This document shows positions 1-11,392 of a DNA stretch of 64,000 nucleotides, one piece after another. The position numbers and the translations under genes are program-made. The stretch lies in NCBI GenBank assembly GCA_965213685.1, contig CBDBZY010000018.1:416001-480000 (forward strand). Direction: 5' to 3'. The stretch's first letter is position 1. Every line of letters begins with the position of its first letter. Origin of the DNA: a bacterium (GTDB taxonomy: Bacteria; UBA8248). The notes under the pieces were generated by a model that saw only the letters and a program-made list of their open reading frames with translations, had not been told where the DNA came from and ran no database searches.

Positions 1-1660
1 GACAATATATTACTGTATGTATGCCCATATTCACGTGTGTATGCTCATATTCATGTACATGTGTGTGCATGTGATGGTGTCTTGTGCAGGGGACAGTGTC
101 TCCTGTAGCACTGCTCTACATGTATGTACTGCCAGACCTGCCACTCCTCATTCCAACTCACAGGCCATGCTCCCCTCTCTACACTGGCTCATGGCTGATG
201 ACTGAACACACACTCTCTTCCCTGCACTGACTCATACCAGGTATCTAGGCCCACACTAGCCTCACATCACATCATCGCAATCATATTACACTGATAGATA
301 AATGTACACACATGGAGAAGGCACTAATTATGTGTTTTATTGTTCAAACAACTGAACTACATAAGCAGTAGGCCACAGGTGATCTCAGACAGTACATTAT
401 TAATTAGGTACAACTATATCTCAGCCACTCACCCATGCCACAGTGTCCAGGATGAACACTGCATTTGTCTTCCTCCTCCTCTCCCCATCCCACCCACCAA
501 ACCACACGACTCTTCTCCTGTCCACTCTAGTGAGGGTCATGCGACCAGATGGAGGAGGAGTCCTACCAGTGGTCGGTGGAGTGGACCACTGACCTGGAGG
601 GGGAGGGAGGGAGTGGTCTGGGACTAGCCACACCCACTGGCCTGGGACACTGCTCACATGATCCACCAACACCCAGCAGGTAAGGCACAAGGCACTCTGC
701 TCCTCACAACCATCTACACCACTACATACTGACATGTACTAGTCACCATGTGAGGAGCTCTGCAATGCTCTCACTGTACTTGCTCTATTTGATTCTTTTA
801 CCATAAAATCAAACTCTGTTGCTGTTGGGGTAGGCGAATGGGAAATATGTAAACAATTAACTTCTTATTCACAGACTGTAGTGGTATTGTGGGCATGGGA
901 GTGAATACAGTTCATAGTTGACACAGAAGAGCTGCCTGGCTCTGCAATGCTCTGACTGTACTTCATTTGAATAGTTTACTATGAAATATTTTGTTGGGGC
1001 CAATGGGAACTATCTCAAATAAGTAAACATTGAAACTTCCTGTTTATCATAGACAGTGGTGTAGTGGTATTGTGGGCATGGGAATGAATACAATTCATAG
1101 TTGACACAGAAGAGGTGCCTGGCTGACTGTCCAAACATGAGCATGCCAGGCTGATTGCCTGACATGATACAGGTACATACATGTACATAGCAGAGGATGA
1201 GGGATGTGACTTGTGTAGAGCAGCATACATAGTCACATCATTTGCATGCCCACCTCATGTGGTGAGAGGTAGCATGTCTGTGCATATATGTATGCTAGAA
1301 TAACTGACATGGTTACCATGTACACAGGAGGAGAGAGGGCTTCCTTATTAGGAAGCATACTATCACCATGCCTGGCCAGGCTGTGTGGGTGTTTCCCAAC
1401 TGTCTATGATGGGGCACAGAGACCACCTCCACCCTAACTAACAGCTCCTCCTCAAGCAGCCACTGCTAGAGAGGCAGCACTGCAGCACAGAAGAGACAGT
1501 CTAGCACCAAACATTACTAACTAGAGGAGTGATGCAGCTGAGGAGGGCCTTGGAAACAAGAGAGACATGTCTACAGCAGATGAGCTCATATCAGCTCCCA
1601 CGACTGCTCCTGAGACTGCACTGGAGGGAGAAGCTTGGCTGCAGTAGAGAGACATGTCAT
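1..1660. repeat. Segmental duplication block, near-identical to ~51740-53395
   Basis: Direct comparison shows the same text with only scattered substitutions; the ORF-track peptides are also duplicated. Confidence 0.95.
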
Positions 1661-3939
1661 TATATTTTCTGCAGTGGCTTGTTTGCTATAGAGAGAAAGG
1701 TTAGTCTTGAGACAGTTGCTCTAGAGAGATATATTATATTAGACAAGAGGGACCTGCAGCTACACTATCTAGTTATAATCAACATGCTGTTTAATTAACT
1801 CTTAGTAGCAACTGCCTGGCATGAGAGATTGCTGGCTGATAATACCAGACAGACAAAAAGCCACAACAGCAATGCATGTGTGTACACACAGGGTGTATGC
1901 ATGGCTCAGCACCATGCTTAGAAACACAGAAATCAATAGCATAAGAGTAGCATATAAAGCTATTAATAGTACCTAAACTAGGGCATTGTGTACCCATTCA
2001 CCTTCCTATTTAAAGCCTCTTTCTCCCCTTCTTAACCAATCTTTGTTATATAGAGTAGTCAATCACTGCTTTGTTATCATTATGAAAATGGAATCAATCT
2101 AGGCTAATACACGAATGGCTTATAATTAGTAGCCTAATAGTAGGTGAAGTGGTGAGAGGAGGTTGGGAAAAGGCCTGGTTGTGAAGTGCTGTAGTTATCT
2201 GTGCCTGCTCTTGTGTCTTCACTCTCATTTTAAACAGCATGTTGACTTTCAAATTGCAGTTTTAATACTGTGCACCACTGCTATATATCTGAACTTTGTA
2301 CCCACCTTCTTATGTGATCAGTGGGCTACATGTGCAGGATTTTGAGTTTGCCAGGGGAGGGACACCAAAGTACATCCCCAGCATGGGAGACTAGGAACGT
2401 GACCTCAAGAAAACATACACACTCCATAGGTGTTGGAACTGGGGGGGGGGGCTGGGGGTGCTATAGCACTCCCCACTTTTTACAGGAGGAAGTGAATAGG
2501 TCCACACCATCAACCCGACTGATGAGAGACGTGTCTGGAGGCAGTGCGTTGAGGTTATTATCACGATTGCCGGCATTGCGCAGTACTCTAGCTTGACCCA
2601 CTCATGCTATTTTAAGTGTATGGGCCCCACCCCATGGGAGTCCTTCCCAGACTGTATGTAACCCTGGGAACGAGACACAGGCATACCTTTCTATTAAAAT
2701 TGCATAAGTGTGAATACCGCTAATACTCATATAAGATGGTCTACTCAGTTGAGCACCCACTTATAAACATCTTCCTACACCTATGCACTCTGAGAATAAT
2801 TTGAGAGACATTCTCTGAATACTTGCAGCCACTTTATGGGGGAGGGGACGTAGTCACACATCAGGGTTCTATCCACTGGGGGGGGGGGGGGGCAGGGGGG
2901 AAGCTTCCCCCCTAAATCCCAAGCTTCCCCCCCAAAACTTGGTCACTGATCATGGCATCCAAGAGATTTTTGCTCTAAATCGCATCAAAAGTGACTTAAA
3001 GACATCTCAAAATCAGAAAAGTTCCCGGGGGATACTCCCCCAGACCCCCTACACAATGTGTACTTCTGTAGTAAGCTATTATATTCATTGCACCGTAAGA
3101 CACTTCCCCCCCAAAAATACTTTTCTAGATAGAACCCTGCACATAATATGGTACACATTTTGGATAGCCAAGGAAAGGTCCTTGATCTGCAGCACATGAC
3201 CTCATGTACACAATGACATGCTTTGAACAATATTTAATGGTCCGAAAAGTTAGACATCTCTATGTGCACTGAATGTGTGGTCTGTGTCTGGTGTTATTAC
3301 ATGAGGCCATGTGTAGAGGTCAGCTCACACATGCAGTGGACCAGTTGTAACCTCATGCACAGCATGTGAGGTAGAGTAAAGGTACTGACAGTCCATGCAC
3401 ACACCTGACTCAGAGTTGCAGTACAGGAGCTGATTGGTATATCCTCGACCTTTACTGTCCCCTGGGGCAGGAATGAAGCCTGTCATTGGCTGGTGGGTAG
3501 GACATTCTGCGAAACCTCCGATGGCAATCAAGTGACCATTAGGTAATGAAGTGAGACCTGACCTCACAGTATGTAGCATTTGGCCGGTGCTGACTCTTCT
3601 CTTCCATGAAAAGTTTTGGGAATTGAAAGCAAAGAGTTCTTTGCAGAAACCTGACTGACCACAATTACCTCTGAAGAAAAGCGCTTCATCTCGAAAAGTT
3701 GTTACCGCAGCGCCTCTGAGCCATGGAGGTAGTTCACCAATGGAGCTAATCTTTTTCCATGATAGCAATGTGCCGTCAAACACTTCTACTTCTCGTGGAA
3801 ATGTCACAGTTGTTTTGTGTTGAAAGGACTTAAGCAAGCCTCGAATCATATATAACTTGCTTTCCACTGAAAAGGTTGGGGCATCATAACGTGGTTCAGG
3901 ATGGTATGGGCCAGTTGACTGTGCAGGAGGCTCAGCCAT
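433..3939 (-). CDS. Kelch-repeat protein, copy A (exons ~3939-3405 and ~593-433; continues beyond window start)
   Basis: MAEPPAQ...EPRYDAP...LIAIGG...TNQLLY exon ends in a GT donor. Second exon WSTPPTTGRTPPP...VWFGGWDG...TNAVFILD has Kelch GG...W motifs and AG/GT ends. Paralogous to copy B. Confidence 0.8.
2425..2785. mobile_element. MITE with CATAGGTGT...ACACCTATG termini and 5-bp TSD CACTC (hAT5-like)
   Basis: Short TIRs; CACTC lies immediately before 2425 and after 2785. Confidence 0.65.
2862..3139. mobile_element. MITE with CAGGGTTCTATC...GATAGAACCCTG TIRs and 5-bp TSD CACAT (hAT5-like)
   Basis: Perfect 12-bp TIR; CACAT flanks both ends. Confidence 0.7.
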
Positions 3940-5165
3940 GGCTGGATCTGGGGAGAGGGAGGAGGGGGAGATAGCCACTGAGTGAAGTTTCACATGCACA
4001 TAGTTACTCATGTACAGTGTACATGTATGTGTGTGAGCATATGCATGTCTTGTCCAATTTCAAACACAGTGAAGCTTGTAAGCTACATACACTTGTGCAT
4101 GTGCTGTGGGCATACATCAACACACCTGTGTATCAGTTTATGGGAGAGTGTTTCTAGCTGTGTAAGCCAAGCTAGGCAAATGCAGTCTAGTGTTGTGTGC
4201 AGGTTCTTTTAGTCCATTCCACATGCAGGTGGCAGGTGGTTGCTAAGCTGAGTGGGGAAATCCCATCATGTAGCCCTTCTGTCTAACTCCACCCTTAAAG
4301 TGGTCTCTATATAGAGTGGGGGAAATCCCACAATGTTGCGCTAGCTCTTTTGTTTTGCTCTGCTTTCAATTCTCTGCTAATATGCTTGCATGAGGAAATC
4401 GCTTCATGCTATGGATTTTGTGGCAGCATACAAGGACATTCTGGGACCTTCTAAGTTCTAGCATTACTGGAAGTGTGACTGTGGACATTAGCATGATGGG
4501 GTAGGAGTATGCAGCAAGGAATGGTACAGTAGTGGCTTCAAGTGGTAGAAAACTGTGATGAGAAACCAAGTCAAGTGGTAAAGGCACGCTCAGGGTATTA
4601 TACCTACTCTTAGGGGAGGGGCTTGCTCAGATACACGACGGAGCTGAAGACAAATATATCTCGAGCGTTCAGGGCTCAAGAATCCGAGCGCTGTACGCTC
4701 AGCAGAGCAAAGGCTAGGGCCGCGCTTGCCCATGTCAGGAAGCAAGTGACGCTCGGACGGGCGATGGGGAAAGGGCGCTCGGACATGTGACGAGATAAGG
4801 GCTGACTGTGAGAGCTGGGCTTCAGACAACTCTAGTCCTACCATGCAATCACAAGAGTAAGAAATCTCGCCACTTGTTCCCACAGTGGTACATGTACATT
4901 GTGGCCCTGCGCTCGCTGCCGGCGGCGCATATGGTATTAAGGTAGGCGGGAGGTGTATACTCGAAACTTTTACAGCTTTGACTGTAAGCTTACTGTGGCT
5001 CACACTTTCTGTGTTCTCCTAGCCAGTTGAATGCGCTCTTTGTTTTCCCTTGCGCAGGGCGAGGTTCACTCTGATCTGTCCCACCCTTTGCTCAATAGTA
5101 TCCTAGAAGTATGCGGATATGGACGACAGTGGGTCTTATGCAAAACCGGAAGTTCTATAGGAAAT
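3265..5165. repeat. Segmental duplication block homologous to ~54015-56045 (Kelch first coding exon and upstream region)
   Basis: Colinear similarity ending at the shared motif ATGCAAAACCGGAAGTTC. Confidence 0.9.
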
Positions 5166-6078
5166 ATGAATATTGCTGTTCATAGGAAGTCTATTATCCA
5201 AACTCATACACTCCAGAAACCCACGTCCACCATTGCGATCCGCCATATGGCCTGCACGCGAAAGCATGAAAGCATAATATGGTTACTAGTATACGCTGTC
5301 AGTTCAATGGCTAGTGCTGCATCCACAGGTTGTAAAGTACACGTCATGCCAACAACTGATCGTCTGCGCTAAACTATAAAGTAACAATTTTCCTGTGACT
5401 TCAGCTACACAAACATTATACATTTTTTTCAAATACTCTCCGGTTCCATGTGTTCAGATACGTGACTTCCTACAGTAGCTTTTCACGTGTGACGGCGCGT
5501 CATCCACAAACAAGCCACGCGGAGCCACGCCTCCCCAGAGAAGGCGTGGCTCTGCGAGGCTGCGAAGTAGAAAGCCACAACTGCGACTATTAATATGAGA
5601 CTCAAAGTCATTGTGGGACTAGTATTGGAGGGCCTAATATAGTTCTTGGGATGGGATGACACAACCCACACTTAAAGCCATCATTAAAAAATGTAAGAAT
5701 CCTTTGATACTAAGGCTATATTATATAGTCTGGCGAAGCCATACCCGGGTGTGGCTTCGCCAGAGTAGCTTATATATGCATATACGTACATGAAACTTAT
5801 GGGTCTGATATGTTTTAGTTCGGTAGTTTTGTTGTTTCCAAATGTATACGTTCTTGACTTTTTGTTTTGTAATAATGTACATGTACATTTCGTCTTTGTG
5901 GTCTAGGTGAAATATGGGGTAAGTGAGAGGAGTGTATGGTCTGTAGAGGGTGGTATGTGTTTTCCAGGGGCTGGGAGTATGTGTTCTATCTGTGAGAGTG
6001 GGTATTTACTCTGAGAAAATCATGGGGTGTGCTTGTATGTAAAGCAAATAGACAGGTGTTATTAGACGAGCTTATGCA

Positions 6079-6236
<158 letters not shown>

Positions 6237-7718
6237 GTAGTAAAACACACGTAATATTATATATGTAGCTATTGATTAGGGGTTAATATATCATACTGAA
6301 ATGTATTCAAATGATCCATAATCAACAGCAGTAAATTCACAAAATCATTGACAACCACAACAATAACCTATAAGCACGTATTTGACATGTCACTTGCCTT
6401 TTCAACACTGTTTCTTGTACTTTGCACATACACTTATGCATGTGATTATGTGTATGCACTTCCATTAAATTGTCTGGGGCTAAAGCTGGGCTGGAGAATG
6501 CTAGCTAGGGAAGGGAGAGAGGGTGATAACAGTCCCTTCCCCTTTTCCGGGGGCCCATCTGTACTTGAATTGAAACCCTGGTAGTCTGCATGAGCATGAG
6601 GTGCATGCAGCTGTGGCAATGCATCCCTTTTTTCACCCCTTACTGGTGTGCAGCAAAGGTACACTGTACACATACTTCATCTCACAGAATATTCTGTGGG
6701 GGCTTGATCAAAGTTAAGTGCAAATGAGTACATATTTCCCTCTCACTGGACATACACCCCCTATTTCTTAAGTGCACTATTACATCATAATAACTATAAT
6801 TATATAGACAGGAGTTTGTACGGAACTTTCCAGGCAGATTATGAGAATAATGTTCGCGAAACTACCACCCGGAAGTAGTATAGTATATAGTGTGAAGACG
6901 CGGCGCGCCGCCCTGGCCCCGCTTACGTATCTATAAGCCAAGTAGACCTACATGTAGATGTACGTGTAGATGCTGGGCTCGTGTTCGTCTAGGGACACAG
7001 TTGGCCTAAGAGTGAGGATCGCAGCTGAACGGATAAAGGCTACAAGACTGTCGACAGACTGAGTGAGTTTTTCCGTGTTCGTGCACAGCCTGTTGATACT
7101 ACGTAGTAGCCTGTTGATACATAGTCAGGTGTCTGCTTACACGAGCACTGGAAAGGGGCAGGCCTGCTGAGCTGTGATTGTGTGAGGTGTATGTAGTTAG
7201 GTGCGTTGTGTTGTTGCCCACTGCCTCAGCGTCCATTGGCCCTCCTGCACATTTACTTGTATAGTGCAATGCCGCAGTCAGACACATACACACACATGAA
7301 TGCATAAGCATGTGAAGTGAATAGTTCATGTGCAGTGTATGTGCACTGTTCATGTGCAGTGCAGTGCTCTCCTTTCCTTATGGTGGCCCAAACGGGCCAT
7401 CCACTACCGTCTTCGGCAAGCTTCCATTTCCATCAAACTTCCACTTCCATAGAAATTCCACTTCCATAGAACTTCTACTTCCGTGGAGCTTCCACTTCCA
7501 TGATCTTGCCTTCCATTGCTTCGTTCGTCATGCGCTCACCACAATGTGCAGTGCGCATGCGCAGTTCAAATCGAATGGCTCTGTCACTGCACCCGCTGCG
7601 CAGATCGTCCTTGTTGGAGACGTCCATCGCATACAAATACGCCTCACCTTAGTGGATCTTCCGGGCCACTTGTGTATCTTTCTTCTTTGACTACAGCCTT
7701 AGCAACCGGAAGCGTAGC

Positions 7719-10700
7719 ATGGCGAGCAGATTCTCGAGTGCCCGGGAAACTGGAGTGAGCGATACTCGCAGGACTACACGTGCCGAAGGTTAGTATATAC
7801 CTTAGGGATTGTTCTATGATAAGCACAACTGCCTTTTGTCACTCGTGTTCCAGCAATGCGCCGTTATATGGCCGTAGCGGCAGCCAGCCGGAAGACTGCT
7901 GTGCCCAAAAGAAAGTCAAGTGATGTTAGTCAGATTTTGGAAGGCCAAGTGCAGGTGAGTAGTGGTCTTCTTCTGTATATATTGCATGCATAAGCCACGT
8001 TGTCACTACAACTGTCAACTACAACGCCTTACATATAACAACCGCGTTAAAGTTCAAAGAGAAAATTATTCTAGTGTGTGTCAGGCACACTTATAGGCAT
8101 GTGAGTAGCCATTGCACTTATGACCATAAAGATTTGAGTAGCCATATAAATGTGTGAAGTAAGGTGGTGATAGCAGATAAAAGCCAGAGCCAGTAGGTGA
8201 GGATAGTAAATACCATTAGGTCATACATAATTGGGTGCACAGTGAAGTATTTTTACACTTATACAATTATTTGAGTAAGAACTGCCTGTACCCCAATAGA
8301 TTTCTGTCAGTCGCATGATGTACAGTGCCTGTCATCAGCGAGGGAAGTTAGATCGATCCTGGAAATTGCAGAAGTTGTCCTTCCACAAGAATTTGTCCTA
8401 TCAAGCAGTGAAGAAGATTTGCCAAGAGGCGACATGGCCAGATGAAGAAGAAGGTACAACTTATTACTTGGCAGATGGATCTGGTGTCTCCATTGAGCAG
8501 GACAACTTTGAGCTTGTATCTGAGGATGGAAAGAAGAACACCATAGCTTGGACATTAGCCAACTACCTCGAAATATCCCACATCAAGTATCCATCTCGAA
8601 CACGGCTCTACTGTGTCAAGGTCTCTAAAGGTAAACAAATCAAAGCCTCAATGATATTTTGACCAAACTGTTAACATCTTCATGCTGCAGAGGATGCAGA
8701 GAATATACAGGATGATGCTTCTGAAAGTAAGTCAACATTTCAAACAAAACATATGCTTTTAACCTCATGCGAGCGATGTATTCACTCCTTACATATTATC
8801 ATTAGATGTTTTGTTGTTTGTCATGTCATTACCTTCTTAGAAGACTCTAGTAAAGTTGATGCATCAGAACCAGAACAACAAGAATTGCAACCTCAGCCAC
8901 AAGACAATGAGCCTTCTCCTTTTGGTATGATGCAACGTGACATCACTCTCTCCTCAATTCTGGTGTGAATACCACTTGCTGCATTGTTAATGTTTTGAAT
9001 GCAGATTCACCTGAGGGATTCTTTCAAGTGTACTTTGTAGAGAAAACTGCGAGCAGATACAGCAATCGCTTTGCCTTTCGCCATGGCTTGACACAGGAGG
9101 AAATCCTGTGCTGGCGTTTGCTGGATGATCCAGACACCATGATGAAGTACAGGGATATTGTGGCTTCTAGTCCAGGGGGCCAGTACCGTGTTTTGGATCA
9201 AAACCCTATTCACCTTGGATTCTTTTTGAGCACAATTGAGCAAGGAGGTAAAATTATCAATATGTACATGACAGGAGCATATTGTAAGTATACTACTTGT
9301 ATATCACGTGTAGTATACACATGTGTATTCGTATGTGAGTTTGTACATTTGTAGTATACTATTATGTCAGTTATGATTGTCCACCTCATTAATCACTGAT
9401 TCAGGAAAAGAAGTATGTGACCTAATTGATACTGTATCATGTGAGAGTGGGGAAGTTGCATACAAGTCACCATGCGAAGGTCAGTATCAGTACATTAATA
9501 TGTATTATGGGTATGTACCTTTGATGTATTCCTTCATAGGTACAAAACTTGAGATATGGTGTGGTTGTTATGCATCACAAGCAGACAGAAGGGCATGCAT
9601 GGCTTGTGTGGCATTGGGGGGAAATCACTCTCGATCTGCATACCACTGGAAACGAAATGGGGAACCAGTTTTTGAAGAATCTCCACTGCTTTATGCTGAC
9701 TCTGAGGGCACCTACGAGTGCCAAGTGACCAGTGCTGGTGAAGAGTGCTCAGGCGTGTTCAGGATTGATGGTTTGTTGTAATGCATTTACTTCATTCTAT
9801 TATCTGACTGAAACAAGATTTATATACAGGTACCAGGAGTGGAATAAGAGTTGAACTTGTAAAGGATGACCCCATGGATGTTGAAGGTAGTAATGCTATA
9901 GCGTTTTGCAATTTACTATAATAATAAGCAAGCATTTTTTGCAGTCACACAAGAGAGAAATGTGTCAGTGCATATGCAGAGTTTAAGGACAGAACCTGAA
10001 GGGACAAGTGGGACACAAGTGTCCAAAATCACTGAAGTTGACTCTCAGCTTGGTCAGTTGTAAGAAGTGACCTTAAACATAAGCATGTGGTTGAACTCTG
10101 CACATTTGACCTGAAGTTGCAGATTCAGCATGTCAAGACACCCTAGTGAGTGCAAATCTGTCTGAGCTTAAACGCTCACTACAAACAGGTGAAGGTAAGC
10201 ATCCAAATACAATGAAATTGCGTGTCTTGTAATGAGCAATTCTTGCTGAAGGTTGCCAAGCTCTTAAACTCCTGGATGTTCTTGGCAGTGGTAGTTTTGG
10301 AAGAGTGTATCGAGGAGTGTGGCGTGGAACTATGGTGGCAGCAAAAGTGATTCCTATGCCCAAGACTGACAGGAGAGTGTGGGAGAATGAGATTGCTGTC
10401 TACAGGTTAAATGACATTACTAGTATATCATTTGCACAATTATGTATCCATAATGCTTTCTGATGCAGGACACTCAACCATCCCAATATTCTTGCACTCC
10501 TTGGTGTTGTATCGGATACAACGTCAATAACACTCATTACAAACCTGGTGAATGGAAAAGACTTACATTCTCTCATTTTCAACAATGACAAGGATGTACG
10601 TGATGCCAGTTAGTTACACAATAATCTTTTCACCTTTTCCAAACTTTTGGTACAGATTTCATTCTCTACAAAGATCTGGATCATAGTTCAGGTTTGCCAG

Positions 10701-11277
10701 GCCCTTGTGTTTATGCATACAGCAACACCTCCTGTTATCCATCTTGACTTGAAGCCAGCTAATATACTGGTGAGTTAGTAAGGTTCAGCAGTGATACAAA
10801 GTAATAGAAAAGAAGTACTTTTATGAAATAGTGCAAAGTGCATGAGTATGATTATGAAGATAGATGTTTATGTATTTCATATAGGTGGAGAACAAGACAA
10901 TGCACATTTTTTTGGCGGACTTTGGTCTTTCAAGGATCTTAAGTGACTGTGACCTGGTTGGCTCAACAACCATGAGAGCAGGAACACCAGGATTCCAGGC
11001 TCCAGAACAGCTCCAAGGAAAAGGAATATCTCCCAAGTCTGATGTATATGCACTAGGTGGTGTCATAACCGAAGTGTTTGGAGAAAAAGTACTCTGGCCG
11101 AAGATGCCAGCCCACAGGATAATGTTTCGTGTTGCTGTTGAAGGTGTGTTTCCTTCTACCAAGCATCTACCACAAGTGATACAAGAGGTGACAAGCCTGT
11201 GCTTCATTGGGAGTGAGGCTAGAGCCGATGCTGCCACAGTTCTTGCAAAAGTACTGGACATGTGTTGTGACAAGTAA
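7719..11277 (+). CDS. Multi-exon protein: N-terminal domain + Ig-like domain + TKL (RIPK-like, non-RD) protein kinase, inside the transposon
   Basis: Exons at ~7719-7788, 7854-7954, 8300-8630, several short exons, 9540-9770 (LEIWC...YHWKRNG...GTYECQV), 10252-10405 (LGSGSFG, VAAK, E), 10469-10594, 10655-10768 (HLDLKPANIL), 10885-11277 (DFG, GTPGFQAPE, SDVYALG). Phases checked at the first and kinase exons. Confidence 0.9.
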
Positions 11278-11392
11278 TCATTGATGTCATATAACTCAAC
11301 TGCTTAGCCCAACATGCATGACATATACCTGCAGTTCTTTGCACACCATAATATCACTTATTGCATATTACATATCAGACAAAGAGAGACAT

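Noticed and set aside
5142-5156. CCGGAAGT ETS-like promoter motif (also ~56030)
   Set aside because: Short motif with no transcription-start evidence.
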